Below, piece by piece: positions 1 to 14,369 of a stretch of DNA of 61,332 nucleotides. The notes beneath the pieces are model-generated. The model was not told the origin of the DNA. It was given only the letters and a program-made list of their open reading frames with translations, and did not search any database. The first letter of the stretch is position 1. The number at the start of each line of letters is the position of its first letter. This DNA is from Octopus bimaculoides (Eukaryota): contig NC_069000.1 of assembly GCF_001194135.2 (NCBI RefSeq), forward strand, positions 13,192,268 to 13,253,599. The letters are read 5' to 3'. The translations under genes and the position numbers were made by a program.

Positions 1-482
1 ATACACAAAAAGACTTCATACTAGTTACTTAAAGAAATCTAGTTTCAGAGAATCAGGTAAGTTGCACTTAGATGGACGATATAATATAGATGAAGTAGCT
101 GTATTGAACATTTCATAAGATACAATAACGGCCTACATTTTTAAGAAAATATATTGAATTCTTAAAAGGTTCACACTAGTTATATGGATTTCCACTTAAC
201 GAGTTCACCACCTACAAACTTCAGTGAGATATTACGTACTGAGACAATTAATAACAATAAAAAAATGTATAATAAATAGGCTCTCAAGCTATTACATGTG
301 AGGATATATTGCACTGTGTGATTCTATGGTCTGATTCATTTATTACGGACTGTAGTAAATTGTGTTGTGTTTTACGGTTGTATATAATAAACTGTGGAAA
401 ATATCTACACGTCTCTCTTTCTCTATTATTCTATCGTATGATATATACGTGTGTTTGTGTGTTTGCGTGTGTGTATATGCTC

Positions 483-626
483 GCGTAGGCTTGGTTCCAA
501 ATCATAGGGTTCCAAGTTCAGTCCTGTTGCCTGACAGTTTGGACAAGTGTCTTTTACTATAACAAGGGTCCTGCCTAAAACCTGGGTGGATTTGGTACAC
601 GGAAACTGAAACAAGCACGTCGTATA
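483..626 (+). mobile_element. SINE family A, degenerate 5' half
   Basis: Homology to 58566-58975 (GGATTTGGTACACGGAAACTGAAA). Confidence 0.65.
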
Positions 627-999
627 CACACACACACACGCACAACACACACTTACACACACACATGGTCAAATCAAATACATGAATTTTAGAAATAACA
701 ATAACAAACAACAAGAAGACGTGCACATGGAATGTATTAGTTTGACGATGAGTAAATTGAGAGAGTTTTTGACGTTTCGAGCAAAGTTCGTCGGAAAGAA
801 AAATGACGAAAGGGAAAAGTTCAAAAGAGGAAGAGAAATGTCTAATAACACGTGTCTAGTTATATAATACATAAGTAAGTAATTTTCCAGAATAAAGACA
901 TGCTACAAGTAGGATGAGTCTGCAACATATAAGAATTGAACAAAATGAGAAATACATACTGAAACGCACATAACTACACACACACACACACACACACAA

Positions 1000-1198
1000 A
1001 CAAATACTCACACATACACACATATATATATAAATGCAGACATACATACGTACATATGTATACGTATACATATATATACGTATATACATATTTATATACA
1101 TAAATATATACATATACACACAGATACATACATATCTATCTATCTATTTATATATATATCTATCTATCTATCTATCTATATATATATATATATCTATA

Positions 1199-1266
<68 letters not shown>

Positions 1267-1320
1267 TATAGATATATATACACACATTTATATATATATA
1301 CACATACCTACATACGTACA
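1000..1320. repeat. (TA)n/(CTAT)n/(CA)n compound microsatellite
   Basis: Direct reading. Confidence 0.95.
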
Positions 1321-1690
1321 TGCATACGCCCGTCCATACATACACATTCGGAATCACACATGTGTACGACTCTTTTACATGAACGAATCTAATGGAAATC
1401 AATAGCTGTATCCTTTCAGGCTTCTGCATCCCTCACGATCACCACCATCCCTTGGCAAAATGCCTCACCATTCAATTACTAGAACACAATACTAAGACTG
1501 TTTACCTAGGCTCACCTTAATATTCATCAATATCCATTCTGCCAATTCCTGAGACATCTGTTAACAGTATTTTGAATCAACAGGAGTTCAATATTGTTGC
1601 CATAGTGCCTTGTAATTTATAGAAATTTCGCCATTATGAACGAACGTTAAACATTATTGTCATCAAGTCTAAATTATTTCTTCAACAAAA

Positions 1691-1762
<72 letters not shown>

Positions 1763-2906
1763 CCTATTAATTTTTTAGATTCTTTTCTTCCTTTATTTTA
1801 CGTTTTTTTGCAATTTCATCTTTCTATTTTCTAATGTTTGCTATATGCAAATTTATAACATTTGTTATGAACACAACTTTATAATGTTTACATTAGCTCT
1901 TCGCGTTTCTATTTTATATCTCTTTTAATAAACTCCCACAGTTTACATTTTATAGGGCTTGCAATAAACCTCTCTACTGTTTGCTTTTTATAATATTTGC
2001 AATAATATTTCCAATAAAACATCCGAATTTTCAGTTATGTTTGCAACAACCTCACTGCTTCCTTTTCATTCAGCTTTTGTTGAAACATATTCTTTGCTCG
2101 AAGTATTCGCAATATAATTCCATATTTCTAAAGCGGGTTTAATAACTATGGTTTTGCATCCAATTTAAAATATCTGAAACGCTTCCTTGTTACGTTGCTC
2201 TATTTCAAATAGGCTTCTATTTGTTTCGGTACAATACAATCTATATCATACGAATATGCTCTGTTTCCAGTTTGTGACACGAAGACAGGCAGGTATAATG
2301 AATAGATGTATGTGTGTGAGTGTGTGTGTGGAATATATATATAATACATGTACACATAATATGTATATATATATATATATNNNNNNNNNNNNNNNNNNNN
2401 NNNNNNNNNNNNNNNNNNNNNNNNNNNNNNNNNNNNNNNNNNNNNNNNNNNNNNNNNNNNNNNNNNNNNNNNNNNNNNNNNNNNNNNNNNNNNNNNNNNN
2501 NNNNNNNNNNNNNNNNNNNNNNNNNNNNNNNNNNNNNNNNNNNNNNNNNNNNNNNNNNNNNNNNNNNNNNNNNNNNNNNNNNNNNNNNNNNNNNNNNNNN
2601 NNNNNNNNNNNNNNNNNNNNNNNNNNNNNNNNNNNNNNNNNNNNNNNNNNNNNNNNNNNNNNNNNNNNNNNNNNNNNNNNNNNNNNNNNNNNNNNNNNNN
2701 NNNNNNNNNNNNNNNNNNNNNNNNNNNNNNNNNNNNNNNNNNNNNNNNNNNNNNNNNNNNNNNNNNNNNNNNNNNNNNNNNNNNNNNNNNNNNNNNNNNN
2801 NNNNNNNNNNNNNNNNNNNNNNNNNNNNNNNNNNNNNNNNNNNNNNNNNNNNNNNNNNNNNNATATATATATATATATATATATAGCCAAATGATAGAGA
2901 CGGTAA

Positions 2907-3012
2907 ATGGAATATATTAGAAATGTTATTCCTCTCAACGATCGTTTGGACACCTCCTGCATTGAGCCCTTGCAGGTGGGATACTGTGCAACTGGTTGTG
3001 GTGTACCCAACG
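2907..3012 (+). CDS. Probable upstream exon of the single-pass membrane protein (…NVIPLNDRLDTSCIEPLQVGYCATGCGVPN). 5' boundary uncertain: ATG 2907, or acceptors before 2921 or 2976
   Basis: Open Cys-containing frame ends in a good donor (ACG|GTATGA, intron from 3013) in phase 1, matching the phase-1 acceptor of the TM exon at 5813. A gap lies just upstream. Confidence 0.45.
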
Positions 3013-3247
3013 GTATGATACATCATTTTATTCTTGACAGTATGTTTAAACCGCTGGGCTTAAACGTACTGTCACTAATCTGTTTCCTTTATAAGAGCAA
3101 TATATTTTATGATCATTTTACAATTTATCAAATGTTACTAAAGAAAAAATCTTTGTCTTCTTGACCCATTCAGAATTATATAACCACCTTATTTGGATCG
3201 CGTTCCATACCTTCTTGCATAGTAGAAAATGTAAAGTTTCTTCAAGT

Positions 3248-3482
3248 GTCATATAGACGCATAGGACCGGTTTCCAGGTTTCCATGGCGTATATATTCCC
3301 CTCGAGGACGAGACGCCGGTCCCCATCGTAGGTTTACTAATTTTTGGCAGCTGAGCGAACCGAAGCAACATGAGATGAAATATTTTGCTCAAGAAGAAAA
3401 TGCATCGCCCAGTCCTGGAATCGAAACGACAATCTTACAATCATGAATCCAACACTCTAACCACCAAGTCATAGGCCTCCAC
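3248..3482 (-). mobile_element. tRNA-derived SINE, family C (CORE/V-like central region)
   Basis: On -: GTGGAGGCCTATGACTTGGTGGTTAGAG head and GTTTCGATTCC B box; its 3' part recurs at about 10905-10985. Confidence 0.7.
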
Positions 3483-5812
3483 ACCCTCTTGTATAATACA
3501 TCGTAAAAGTGGCTCGGCTGATATATAGGATCCAAAGATTTGTAGCATGTATCTTCCATTACTCTGTGGTATCAAAAATCCATATGCGTGTAAGCGTATC
3601 AGAATGAAAACTGGACAGATTGATAATATATTTCTTAAGCAGTCACTGTCATTTTCCACACTGATCCACTTCAAATACTTTACCTGCTTGTTAATTATTG
3701 AGCAGTATTGAAGGAGAAAGCTCGTATCTAACTGAAAGAATTCGTAATGAAATTGTAACACATTTCTAAACATCATTACTTTGTTGCGACATTAAACTAT
3801 GACACTGCACGAATGTTTCATTATTTGTAATCTCTTCGAAAACCTACTGACTTTGTAGGCAGAAAACATACCTCTTGAGACACTCTTGTTGCAAATCCGT
3901 TTTTTTTTTTTTGCTCCTTCTTTCTAATGATTTGTGCAAAGTGTCTAGCATCTGCTTATTCTTATATTAATCTTCCTTAAAACTGACAATACGAATAAAC
4001 TGGCTCCAGTTCAGCTGGGTTCAGGGTTTTAGGATTTAGTGTAGTGTTACCACACATTATCAGATTTCTTAAGTAATGTATTTACTTCAGATTATTTTAA
4101 ATGTTTTATTACTCCTTCAGATTTGTCAATAAAAGCCTACGAAGCGAGTGAAAAAGCAATAGTGGTTATAATACTCGTAGGTGAAATACTTCTCCAACAG
4201 AACTCAAGTCAGATTTTTCTAACGTTAAGTCGAACACGATGCGCAGTAGTGATAGTAAAATTTATTACTTATCGGGTTAGTTGGCGATGAAGTAATTTTC
4301 ATGGCAGAAATTGGAAGAGAAAGAAGGAATGCAGAAACAAGGAATTATTTAAAAGCATCAAAAGCTCTCGTGATGATGTCTCCGAAAATTAAAGTAGCAG
4401 AAACAATGGTGAAAAGGCTGAAGAGGATTAAAGAAGATAAGAATGCCATGTGTCACAGGCAGGTGAAGAAAGATTGGTTAGGGCTTAGATATTACAGTTG
4501 TCAATGTCGACCACTGTTCCGCGTGATTTAAGGAATTATGTGGCGGATAGAATTTGCCATGAATGCAGATTACGAATCAATAATGGTAAGCAACTTTAAA
4601 TCCAGCTGAAACAAAGTGTGTGTGTGTAACAATCTCTGTAAGGGTTTTCACTTCTATAAATTTATTTGTAGAGAAATTCAATGGCCAAATGGATTCAGTA
4701 TCGAAAACTGACAACTCAAGCTACAACATTACACTGTGTCCTTAAAAACAAATTTCTTACCGAAAAAAAAACAACTGCTTAAATATCTCTGATTGAAAAA
4801 TAACGTCAAAAGGTATTGATAGTAGAAAGATAAATAATCTTTTGGATTTCACATAATAAATGTGTGTCTGTGTGTCTGTGTAATATAAACTCAAAAACAT
4901 ACATGTATAAATATGAGACACTTGTTCGGTCTGACGCGGAGACTGAACCTGAAACGGCATCGTTAAAAAGCGAGGTTTCCTAAGTAGATGTGGTGCAGCG
5001 ATAGAGTTTTACTAGAATTTATATTTTGACCTAAGTTATCGAATACGCCGCACTAGAAATTTCTACACTATGCTAGTTTTCCCATATACACGCAGAAATC
5101 TCATAAAAGAGTCATTTTACTGAAGTACCACGTAATTTTCATGTTCTCGACATAGGTACTCATGTCAATGGTAATGAAAAGGAGTATTGCCTTGCCGGAA
5201 GATCAAACTAGATGTTATAAGTTTCATATCACTTTACTTCATGCTAAGAATTGTCTAACGAATACAAAGATATATTACTTATTTCACAATAAAATGGATT
5301 CTATATTCAACATATTAAAATCATGTCATTTCCTTTTCCTGTATTTCATCCCAGTTATATGCCATTTTGTTTTCAACAGAAATCGATTTCTCTGTTTTTC
5401 CAACAGAATTCAAATTATAATTTTTTCAATTATTTATCTTAAATTTCTGTTTATACTGTGTTTTTTTAAAATATTTTATTATATTTTTTGTGTCAGTAAT
5501 TTTCTTGTGCTTTGCTTTAAATGTTTTTCTTATGTCAAAATGTTATTTCCGTTTTAAAAACACTACTTCACGATCCCAATTTGTAAATTTTTTACCTTTT
5601 TCTTGCCTGATTTTGAGTTTCTTTCTTTATTAAATTCTTTCCATTTTGTATATATTTTCTAAAACTTCTTCAATTTTCGTTTGAAATATTTCAAATATTT
5701 TCCGATTCAGTTGTTTTCTAAGTTTTCTTTTATACAAAATCTTTCCACCATACTTTCTGTAATTGATTTCTAAAGTAATTTTTTTGTTTTTGTTTATTAT
5801 GACTCTTTTCAG

Positions 5813-6028
5813 ATAGCGTCCTAAATCGGTTTATGACTCTTGGAGTCACAGCTGCCGTCGCCATCACTGTTGGTAGCATCGTAATATTCATTGTCTGCAT
5901 TGTAGCCATTATTTGCTGCTGCAAGAAATCGGCCTGTAAAAAAGCGGATCCAAATAGTATCACAACTACAGCAACTTCCGTTGTGACGAACGGAAGTGTA
6001 ACACCTTTCCAAGGAAAAATAAATAAAG
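5813..6028 (+). CDS. Transmembrane exon of a single-pass membrane protein: (D)SVLNRFMTLGVTAAVAITVGSIVIFIVCIVAIICCCKKSACKKADPNSITTTATSVVTNGSVTPFQGKINK
   Basis: Pyrimidine-rich acceptor ctcttttcAG|; hydrophobic helix of about 25 aa followed by CCC-KK (positive-inside); symmetric phase 1-1, 216 nt; donor AAG|GTACCA. Confidence 0.8.
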
Positions 6029-6193
6029 GTACCAAGATGTTTTGTATCTCTTAATATTGCTAATAAAATACAAACGAAAGTAGCAATTAGTGAAAAAAAA
6101 ATTAGTTGATTCAAAGAATGACCATGAATGTACATCATTATGAGATTTAATTTGTATGTTCTGATTTCAAAATTTGGAAATTTGATACACATA

Positions 6194-6721
6194 GGCGCAG
6201 GCGTGGCTGTGTGGTAAGAGGTTTGCTTCCCAACGACATGGTTCCAGGTTCAGTCCCACTGCGTGGCAACTTGAACAAGTGTTTTCCAAAATAGCCTCAT
6301 GCTGATCAAAGCCTTGTGAGTGGATTTGGTAGAGAGAAACTGAAAGGGGCCCGTTGTATACATGTGTGTACTTTCTCACTTCCCGAGCGTTAAACTAATA
6401 CATCTATTTGTTGTTTACACACCTGTCTTCGTCTTTTGTTTAATTTTTGTAAATTCTCACTATAAATGCGGAGTAGATAAAACAGGGGACGACTGATGAA
6501 GGGAATATTGTTTATGTTGCCTGTTTCTCAGTCTGTTTCTCTGTTTGTTTTTTTCTTTCGTTGTTCGAAAAAAGTTTTCTATGTTTTTGTTTTTTATGTT
6601 CTCGTTTCTCATTTTGTCTACGTTGTTGATGTCCTGTACCCATATATGCATGTATATATACATATATATGTAGGTATGTACATATATGTATGTATATATG
6701 CATATATTTATATATTGTTTA

Positions 6722-6768
<47 letters not shown>

Positions 6769-7038
6769 NNNNNNNNNNNNNNNNNNNNNNNNNNNNNNNN
6801 NNNNNNNNNNNNNNNNNNNNNNNNNNNNNNNNNNNNNNNNNNNNNNNNNNNNNNNNNNNNNNNNNNNNNNNNNNNNNNNNNNNNNNNNNNNNNNNNNNNN
6901 NNNNNNNNNNNNNNNNNNNNNNNNNNNNNNNNNNNNNNNNNNNNNNNNNNNNNNNNNNNNNNNNNNNNNNNNNNNNNNNNNNNNNNNNNNNNNNNNNNNN
7001 NNNNNNNNNNNNNNNNNNNNNNNNNNNNNNNNNNNNNN

Positions 7039-7080
<42 letters not shown>

Positions 7081-7412
7081 TATATGTCTGTAAGTGTATA
7101 TATATATGTATGTGTATATATATATATATATATGTATGTGTATATATATATATATGTTTGTATATATATATATGTATATGTGCGTGTGTGTGTGTGTGTG
7201 CGTGTTTGTATTTGGATTTGTCCCTCACTACCACTTGACAACCGGTGGTGGTCTATTTACGTCCCCGGAACTTAATAGTTCAGCAAAAGAGACCGATAGA
7301 ATAGGCTTTGTGCACAAAATAAGTCCTAGGACCGATTTGTTCGACTAGAACCCTGTTCAAGGTGGTGCTCCAGCATGGTCGCAGTCAAATGACTCAGACA
7401 ACTTAAAAGAAA
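6194..7412 (+). mobile_element. SINE family A split at its internal microsatellite: 5' half 6194-6360, 3' half about 7200-7412, with a nested unknown repeat and an assembly gap between
   Basis: Both halves are collinear with the 58566-58975 copy. Confidence 0.75.
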
Positions 7413-8339
7413 AAAGCTACTCAAGCTGAGAATTAGTCTTCGAGGCGAGATATTGACAGTAAGAAATGTCACACGCCAAATGGAAGTATAAATTATGTTT
7501 TCGTTCACGCAGTTTCATTAGATAATCGAGGAAATTTAAAGCATTTTGTCAGTTATAATTATTGGTTATCTGGAAAGGTAACAACAAAGTTAAAATGTCA
7601 ACGGGTCTCCAACTCAAAAATTCTTGCGAAGTCCTATTTATAAATAATTGTTGCCTTATTTTGAGAATTTTGGTTTGCTAGTTCCCAAGAAACTTAACTT
7701 AATCAGCCATTTCATTATTTATTACCTCTCTCCTCTTCCTCCTTCTTCCCTCCTCCCTTCGTCCTCTTTCTCCTTCACTCCCACCTCTTCCCCTCTCTCT
7801 ATTTCTCACATTTTCTCTATTCTTCCCTGTCCTTCTCTTTCCTCCTTTGTTGTTTACTATATATTTTCTCGCTTCTGGATGTTGTTTACTATATGTATGT
7901 AGAACAGCTACAACCAAACATCTTAAAGAGAAGTTTGTTTTCATTATCCTTTCCATTTATCTCATTAGGAAGATAACCTCATGTTTAGATGTTCACAAAC
8001 GGTGTCTGATAACAGCGTCTCACCTCAATCGTACAAAAAAAAACAAACAAAAAAAACAAAAAACAGAAGCTCACTACTCATTTGATCCCAAGGTCATTGA
8101 TTTTGTGTGTCACGACTCTGAAATAACTGAGTCCATGCATCTGAAAACTAGGAACCAGTAAATCACTTAAACCATAACAAAATTTATAGAGCGTCCGTCT
8201 TCATAACTGTAGCCTTCAGAGTCAGAAGTTGTGTCAAGTTAATTTCGTCGAATGTACGATAATGAGATTAACATGAAGAAAGAAGGAACTTGACTTGACA
8301 TGCATGACATCCTATTGTCGTGTTAATTAATAATTGAAC

Positions 8340-8506
8340 AGGCGCAGGAGTGGCTGTGTGGTAAGTAGCTTGCTTACAAACCACATAGTTCCGGGTACAG
8401 TCCCAATTCATGGCATCTTGGGAAAGTGTCTTCTACTATAGCTTGGGGCCGACCAAAGTCTTGTGAGTGGATTTGGTAGACGGAAACTGAAAGAAGCCCG
8501 TCGTGT
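8340..8506 (+). mobile_element. SINE family A, 5' half
   Basis: GGCGCAGGAGTGGCTGTGTGGTAAG… head, near-identical to the 58975 copy. Confidence 0.85.
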
Positions 8507-8713
8507 ATATATATATAACCTTTTTTCACACCATATTATGTATCCTGTTTCTTTGTAACTGGGATGGGAAAGAATCCTTGACACCCTCGTAAATCTGTAC
8601 CCACCTCCCAAAAGCCGTTCCATTTTTCATCGCTCACGGGAAGTTTCTTCTCTTTGAAACGGATTGTGTCTATCTATCTNNNNNNNNNNNNNNNNNNNNN
8701 NNNNNNNNNNNNN

Positions 8714-8749
<36 letters not shown>

Positions 8750-11700
8750 ACTTAGATATGTTTCGACCAAAGATTGGTCCGGGTATTGTCATACTTCATA
8801 ACACCACCTGATAGGATTTGATAAATCCTTTTTAAGTCAAGAATGTATATTCATATATACGTATTTATATGTGTGTGCTTTTATGCACCAAGTGTCTATA
8901 TGAGAGGATTTCTCAAGGCTAATAACGCAATATTTGGTGTTCTACCAAGTCATTCATATTAAGTTGGATATAAAGCTTACTACAAATATGTACATGACTA
9001 CATCTTCCCCTATATCTCTCTCTGTAGCTATATATGTATATATGGATATGTGTGTGTGTTTTAGTGTGTGTATGCGTGTGTGAGCACAAGTGCAAATTCG
9101 CAGCACACTTCCAGTTGCATGATTTCATTTTTTTAATGTACTGTGGATTCGAAAAATATCTTTAATATGAAATTACAAATGAACACTGTAAATGATAATA
9201 TGTAAATACTCAAGATGTTATTGCTATATTGTATTGCAATATTGTATTGCTATATTGTCATATAGCAATATTTACATAGAATCCTAATAGAAACGGTTAT
9301 TGAATTTCCATGTGATTTTCCAATTGCTTCCAGCTATTGCTAGTGTAAATGCCATTGTAAATTAGTATTTGTAGAGTTCTAATAGTAGATGTCAATAAAA
9401 AATTTAATACATGAACACTTTATTTAAATTAAATTTCTATTTTGGATTATGCCCCCTGAAGACGCATCATCATAAGAGAACGTAGACTACGAAGTGAAAA
9501 ACATCATGCAGATTCAAGCATTGCCTTTACGTGTTATAAAGCTGCTACATCCAAAGGAACTAGTGTTGCTTAGTTGTAGGACGCTTGGAATACTTCGTTG
9601 CTCCCAGAACATTCCGAACTTATTTCTGAGTATGCTACCAACAGGCATGCTTTAACTGCTTTAAAAATGCTTTTATTAAATCTGTTATTGTTGTCTTAAC
9701 GTCACACACACTCGCTTCTTGTAAACAAATTATATGAAATGCTATCAATATATGCGTAGGTTATCCTTAGAAATTCAAGTTAAACCTCAACTTTAAAAAG
9801 CTTCTGGGCTTACACCTTTAAGATATAAACATGTTAGTGACTAATTCTTTCAAAATTGAAATCTTTTATATTCATATATACAACCAGCTATTGAAAAATA
9901 AATCTCTAACTTTATCTTTAATCGTAAATTAGGCTCGGGTTCTGGAAATAATCTTGGAAGCTTCTCGGGTCTAAATGTCTGCTTTTCAAGGAGAAAAACT
10001 GACAGTAGCAACCGTGGGAGTGGATTAGGAAGAAATTTTCGATTCTGAAGCAAATCAATTCTTAAATCCTCTCAATGAATCAGCCTTTCACGAATCTTGT
10101 CCGAGAGAGCTCGTTGATATGGATAGTACCGAAATTTCATTAATGAAATCATTTGCGAGTGACCTAAGGTCTGCAAACTAAAGAATAGGAGAATGTGAAA
10201 TCAATGCTTCCAGCTAGTTTAGCAACACCACTTGAGATTTATTGAAAGCTTAATGCTAATACCGGTCGTAAGCTCAAATACGTTTCCAGCTTCCCTTTGC
10301 TAATTGACTACTGCTCAGAAATTATAAATGTTACTCCTTTTTTTAAACAAATATTCAATGGCACTACTACACCTGGACTTCGAGGTTGCTGTGTGCGTCC
10401 TAATTAGAAATGTCTCTGAATCATTTCTAATGTATCATAAGATGTTAAACTCGTAAGAATTGAAATTTCACAAGTTGAACATCATCTGATATAAAGCTTA
10501 TTAAATCATAACTACGCAGAGTTCCCAACGAAGATATTGTTGACTACAGTGATTCACCATGGCGTTCACATGTAGAAGACCCTAATGGTAACAGCAAAAA
10601 GGGTTTGTAGTTGACTATTCCGAAACATTTTATAATCTTTTTTCGACACATACATATTCGTTGCCCAACTCAGCAACTTAGCATAATATCTTCTTATATA
10701 GCTATTCAAATACCATAGACTTCATAGGACATACTACTTTGCTGGGTTGATAAGGTATTTATCATTTCCAAAGTAGATGATGAATTGTCTCAGTTTAAAC
10801 GTCATAGTCTCGGTCTTATAAACGATGTTGTATGTTTCCAATTTCATTAGAAATTAGTTGAAAGATACTTCCTCCTATGTACATGAATAAACTTCCTTTA
10901 CGAGTCATATAGACTAATAGGACCAGTTTCCCGGATTCTCTGGCGTATATATTCCAGCTGGACTGGACGCCTGTCCGTCACAGTGCCTGTAAACCTCATA
11001 TGATGCGTGATAGCGGTAAAAGTAAATATCCAACTAAACTATTTCTATTCTAGGTTATGAAAATAGCCATAATAAATTACACCCATGTTTAATTCCATTT
11101 AAAGAAAAAAATCTGTACCTAGTAGTAGACAATCTTCACCTCGCATTATTGAATCACCACGGTGATCTGCAATTAGTATCTGCCTTTCCTGTTTTCTAAA
11201 AAGTCTTGCCAGTAAATGTTAGAGGAACTTTTAATAAATTAATATCCTATTTTAATTGTCTTTCCTCTTGGGATATTCACACTCCCTACAACATCTTTGT
11301 TTATAAATTAACATTTTTTCCCCCTTTTTCAAGTCTAGTTACAAATTTTTGGCAAAACTTCTTCAGGGAAAAGCTTTCAAGTTGTAGTCTTCTTTTATCT
11401 CGTTTAATACGCACGAATTTGGAATTCGTAAAACTATTACGAAATGAAGGCTATTCATTTCAGTCAACATATAAGCTTATCAAGTATTTAATCTTTCGTC
11501 ACTGAACGACTGAAAATTTGACTTTGAGAAATCGACTTCTGACTTATTTTTCAGAAGCGAGCTAAATTACATCGATTATTTCCTGTTTGAGTTTAACCTG
11601 GAGACTGTCCAAATGATTCGATCGATCTGTCTTTCAAGTGTTGTCTGAAATATTTATCCAAACTTAGTGAAATAGAATACATCGCCGACTTAAAATGAAA

Positions 11701-12548
11701 AGGTGTCTGTTTAATCCACCTCAAGTGCAGTTATATTTTAATTCGATTTAATAATTAAACAGCTAAAACTAGCCTTAAAACTATCATAGAAAATGAAAAG
11801 AAATGCAAAAGACTGGAAAAAAATGTGATGCCGGAGCCAGCAAATCAACTAAAAATTATCTAATGCTAACTTTAGTTAATGCTGTTTGATCCTTTGTTTC
11901 TTTCTGATTTTAAAGTCAAAAATAAGTCTTCAAAGAGAGAGAAGGAGAGAGAGATAGACAGAGAGAGAGACAGAGAGAGAGAGAGACAGACAGACAGAGA
12001 TTGATGAAAATAAATTCAGATAGCATTTTCAACTTATTCTTGTAAGTTTAGTTTTAAGAACAAAATTGTTCTTCATATTTTCGTTTGTAGAGCTTGAAAT
12101 AATTTCGCCCGTGTNNNNNNNNNNNNNNNNNNNNNNNNNNNNNNNNNNNNNNNNNNNNNNNNNNNNNNNNNNNNNNNNNNNNNNNNNNNNNNNNNNNNNN
12201 NNNNNNNNNNNNNNNNNNNNNNNNNNNNNNNNNNNNNNNNNNNNNNNNNNNNNNNNNNNNNNNNNNNNNNNNNNNNNNNNNNNNNNNNNNNNNNNNNNNN
12301 NNNNNNNNNNNNNNNNNNNNNNNNNNNNNNNNNNNNNNNNNNNNNNNNNNNNNNNNNNNNNNNNNNNNNNNNNNNNNNNNNNNNNNNNNNNNNNNNNNNN
12401 NNNNNNNNNNNNNNNNNNNNNNNNNNNNNNNNNNNNNNNNNNNNNNNNNNNNNNNNNNNNNNNNNNNNNNNNNNNNNNNNNNNNNNNNNNNNNNNNNNNN
12501 NNNNNNNNNNNNNNNNNNNNNNNNNNNNNNNNNNNNNNNNNNNNNNNN

Positions 12549-12826
12549 AGACGGAAACTGGAAGAAGCCCGTCGTATATATGTTTATATATATATATGTG
12601 TGTATGTGTGTGTATATGTTTGTGTGTCTGTGTTTGTCCCCGCAACATCGCTTGCCAACCGATGCTGGTGTGTTTACGTCCCCGTAACTTAGCGGTTCGG
12701 CAAAAGAGACCGATAGAATAAGTACTAGGCTTACAAAGAATAAGTCCTGGGGTCGATTTACTCGACTAAAGGCGGTGCTCCAGCATGGCCGCAGTCAAAT
12801 GACTGAAACAAGTAAAAGAGTAAAGA
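12549..12826 (+). mobile_element. SINE family A, young copy with its head lost in a gap
   Basis: High identity to the reverse complement of 58566-58840. Confidence 0.85.
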
Positions 12827-12866
<40 letters not shown>

Positions 12867-12963
12867 ATATACATGTACATATATATTATGTATGCATGTC
12901 TTATAAGTACATATATATGTGTGTGTGTGCGTGCGTGTGTATGATATATGTATATATATCCGA

Positions 12964-13046
12964 AGCTTCTATATACTGACATGCTTCTATATACTGACAT
13001 GCTTCTATATACTGACATGCTTCTATATACTGACATGCTTCTATAT
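12964..13046. repeat. Minisatellite, 18-bp unit GCTTCTATATACTGACAT, about 4.5 copies
   Basis: Direct reading; units are identical. Confidence 0.95.
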
Positions 13047-14369
13047 TTTGCCTATGTGTGTATATTTCAACTTCATTATTTAGTAATGCACACGTGTGTT
13101 TTTCAAGTTTAACTTTAGCGTTTGTCAAATAGTTAATCTGCTGGTTATTACCACTTTACTCCCTCAAAGTTAGACCTCATATTTATCTTGTTATATACCC
13201 AATCCATATGCGTAATTTAAAATAGAATAAGCGAACTAGCAGTTTCAGGAGAGGAACATTTGTACAGTATTTGTAAGATCGTCAACTTGTTAATAATTTT
13301 CAAAAATTTCCAGCAGCGGAAGATACAAATCAGTAAAAAGTTTTAAATCGAATAATGCAGAATTGTATGTCTCACTATTAGCGTTGATCACTGCCCAAAA
13401 GCAGCCATCTTGAATGCTAATAAATAAAGAGTATAATTGAAAATTCCCTGAGGGACTAATTTTCTAGAAATTTAATTTACGTTTGTTAAAAAGATACAAA
13501 CCGAATTAGTGAAGTAATAAAACTTCCACATGAATGCTGAATTTTAGTTTATTTGAATGTTAATGTTTGTATTATGTGTAGCTAACTCGACAAAAACAAA
13601 CTGACGAAATAAAAGATTAAGTAATGTAAATACGTCACTCGGCTGAAAATATTTTATTGTTTCCTGTGAGGTGTATTGAGTGAATGAATAACAATAAACA
13701 TATGCTATAAACTAATGGTAATATTGGTTTACAAATAGACTGGTGACTTATGGACAATAAAACCAAATATATAGTAGTCTCGCTCTATAGAATGGAGGTT
13801 GAATATAATTTTGGATATAACTTTCGTTCCGGTTATACTTAAGAGTAGAAGTTCTCTTGTTAGCATTACAAATTTCTGATTCGAATACCAAATACTTTAA
13901 ACAATGTTTCTCTCAATAATATTTTCTTGTAATTACTCTTCTGTTTAATCGTTCTATGCAATTGCAGAAAAGGAAATAATTTTACTTTGCTTGTTAATCT
14001 TAATTAAACAGCTGCATTCAGTCTCGAATTTTTCGTATTCTACTGGTAATGTACACACTAAAGCCAGTTTCGAGAATAAAAATATATCCGAACGTATAAT
14101 TTATTAAGTCAATTCGTCTCTTCTTTCATCGCTACAGAACTTGCATATATACATATGTACATACAATGACGTGTTAACGATGTGGCTGTTGGACGAACAG
14201 TAAGAATTCTGCACCCTAAGTACAAGTATGGTAGCGTGTAATACATACAATTCAATGAGCTGGAAAATTTCTATGTCCTTAAATTATCTATGAAATTCGT
14301 AGAAAAGTCTTTAAATGCAACACAATGTGTACAAGTGTCACAACAGTTTGCAATGGCAAAATTTTTCTG

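Noticed and set aside
4005-4045. Telomere-like GGGTTCAGGGTTTTAGG
   Set aside because: Too short and degenerate to call an interstitial telomeric repeat.
4301-4531. 76-aa Lys/Arg-rich ORF
   Set aside because: No recognisable motif or convincing splice sites; possibly a decayed retroelement, but I could not identify it.
8745-8800. GACCA/TGGTC hairpin followed by GAAAC on - (Penelope-like)
   Set aside because: The CTGANGA core is missing; at most a decayed remnant.
9420-10620. Protein-like short frames inside the 6028-15232 intron (e.g. EEIFDSEANQFLNPLNE…, VPNEDIVDYSDSPW…)
   Set aside because: Weak splice sites and phases incompatible with the phase-1 gene model.
12964-13046. Repeat array as a possible CRISPR
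   Set aside because: No spacers; contiguous tandem units in a eukaryotic context.
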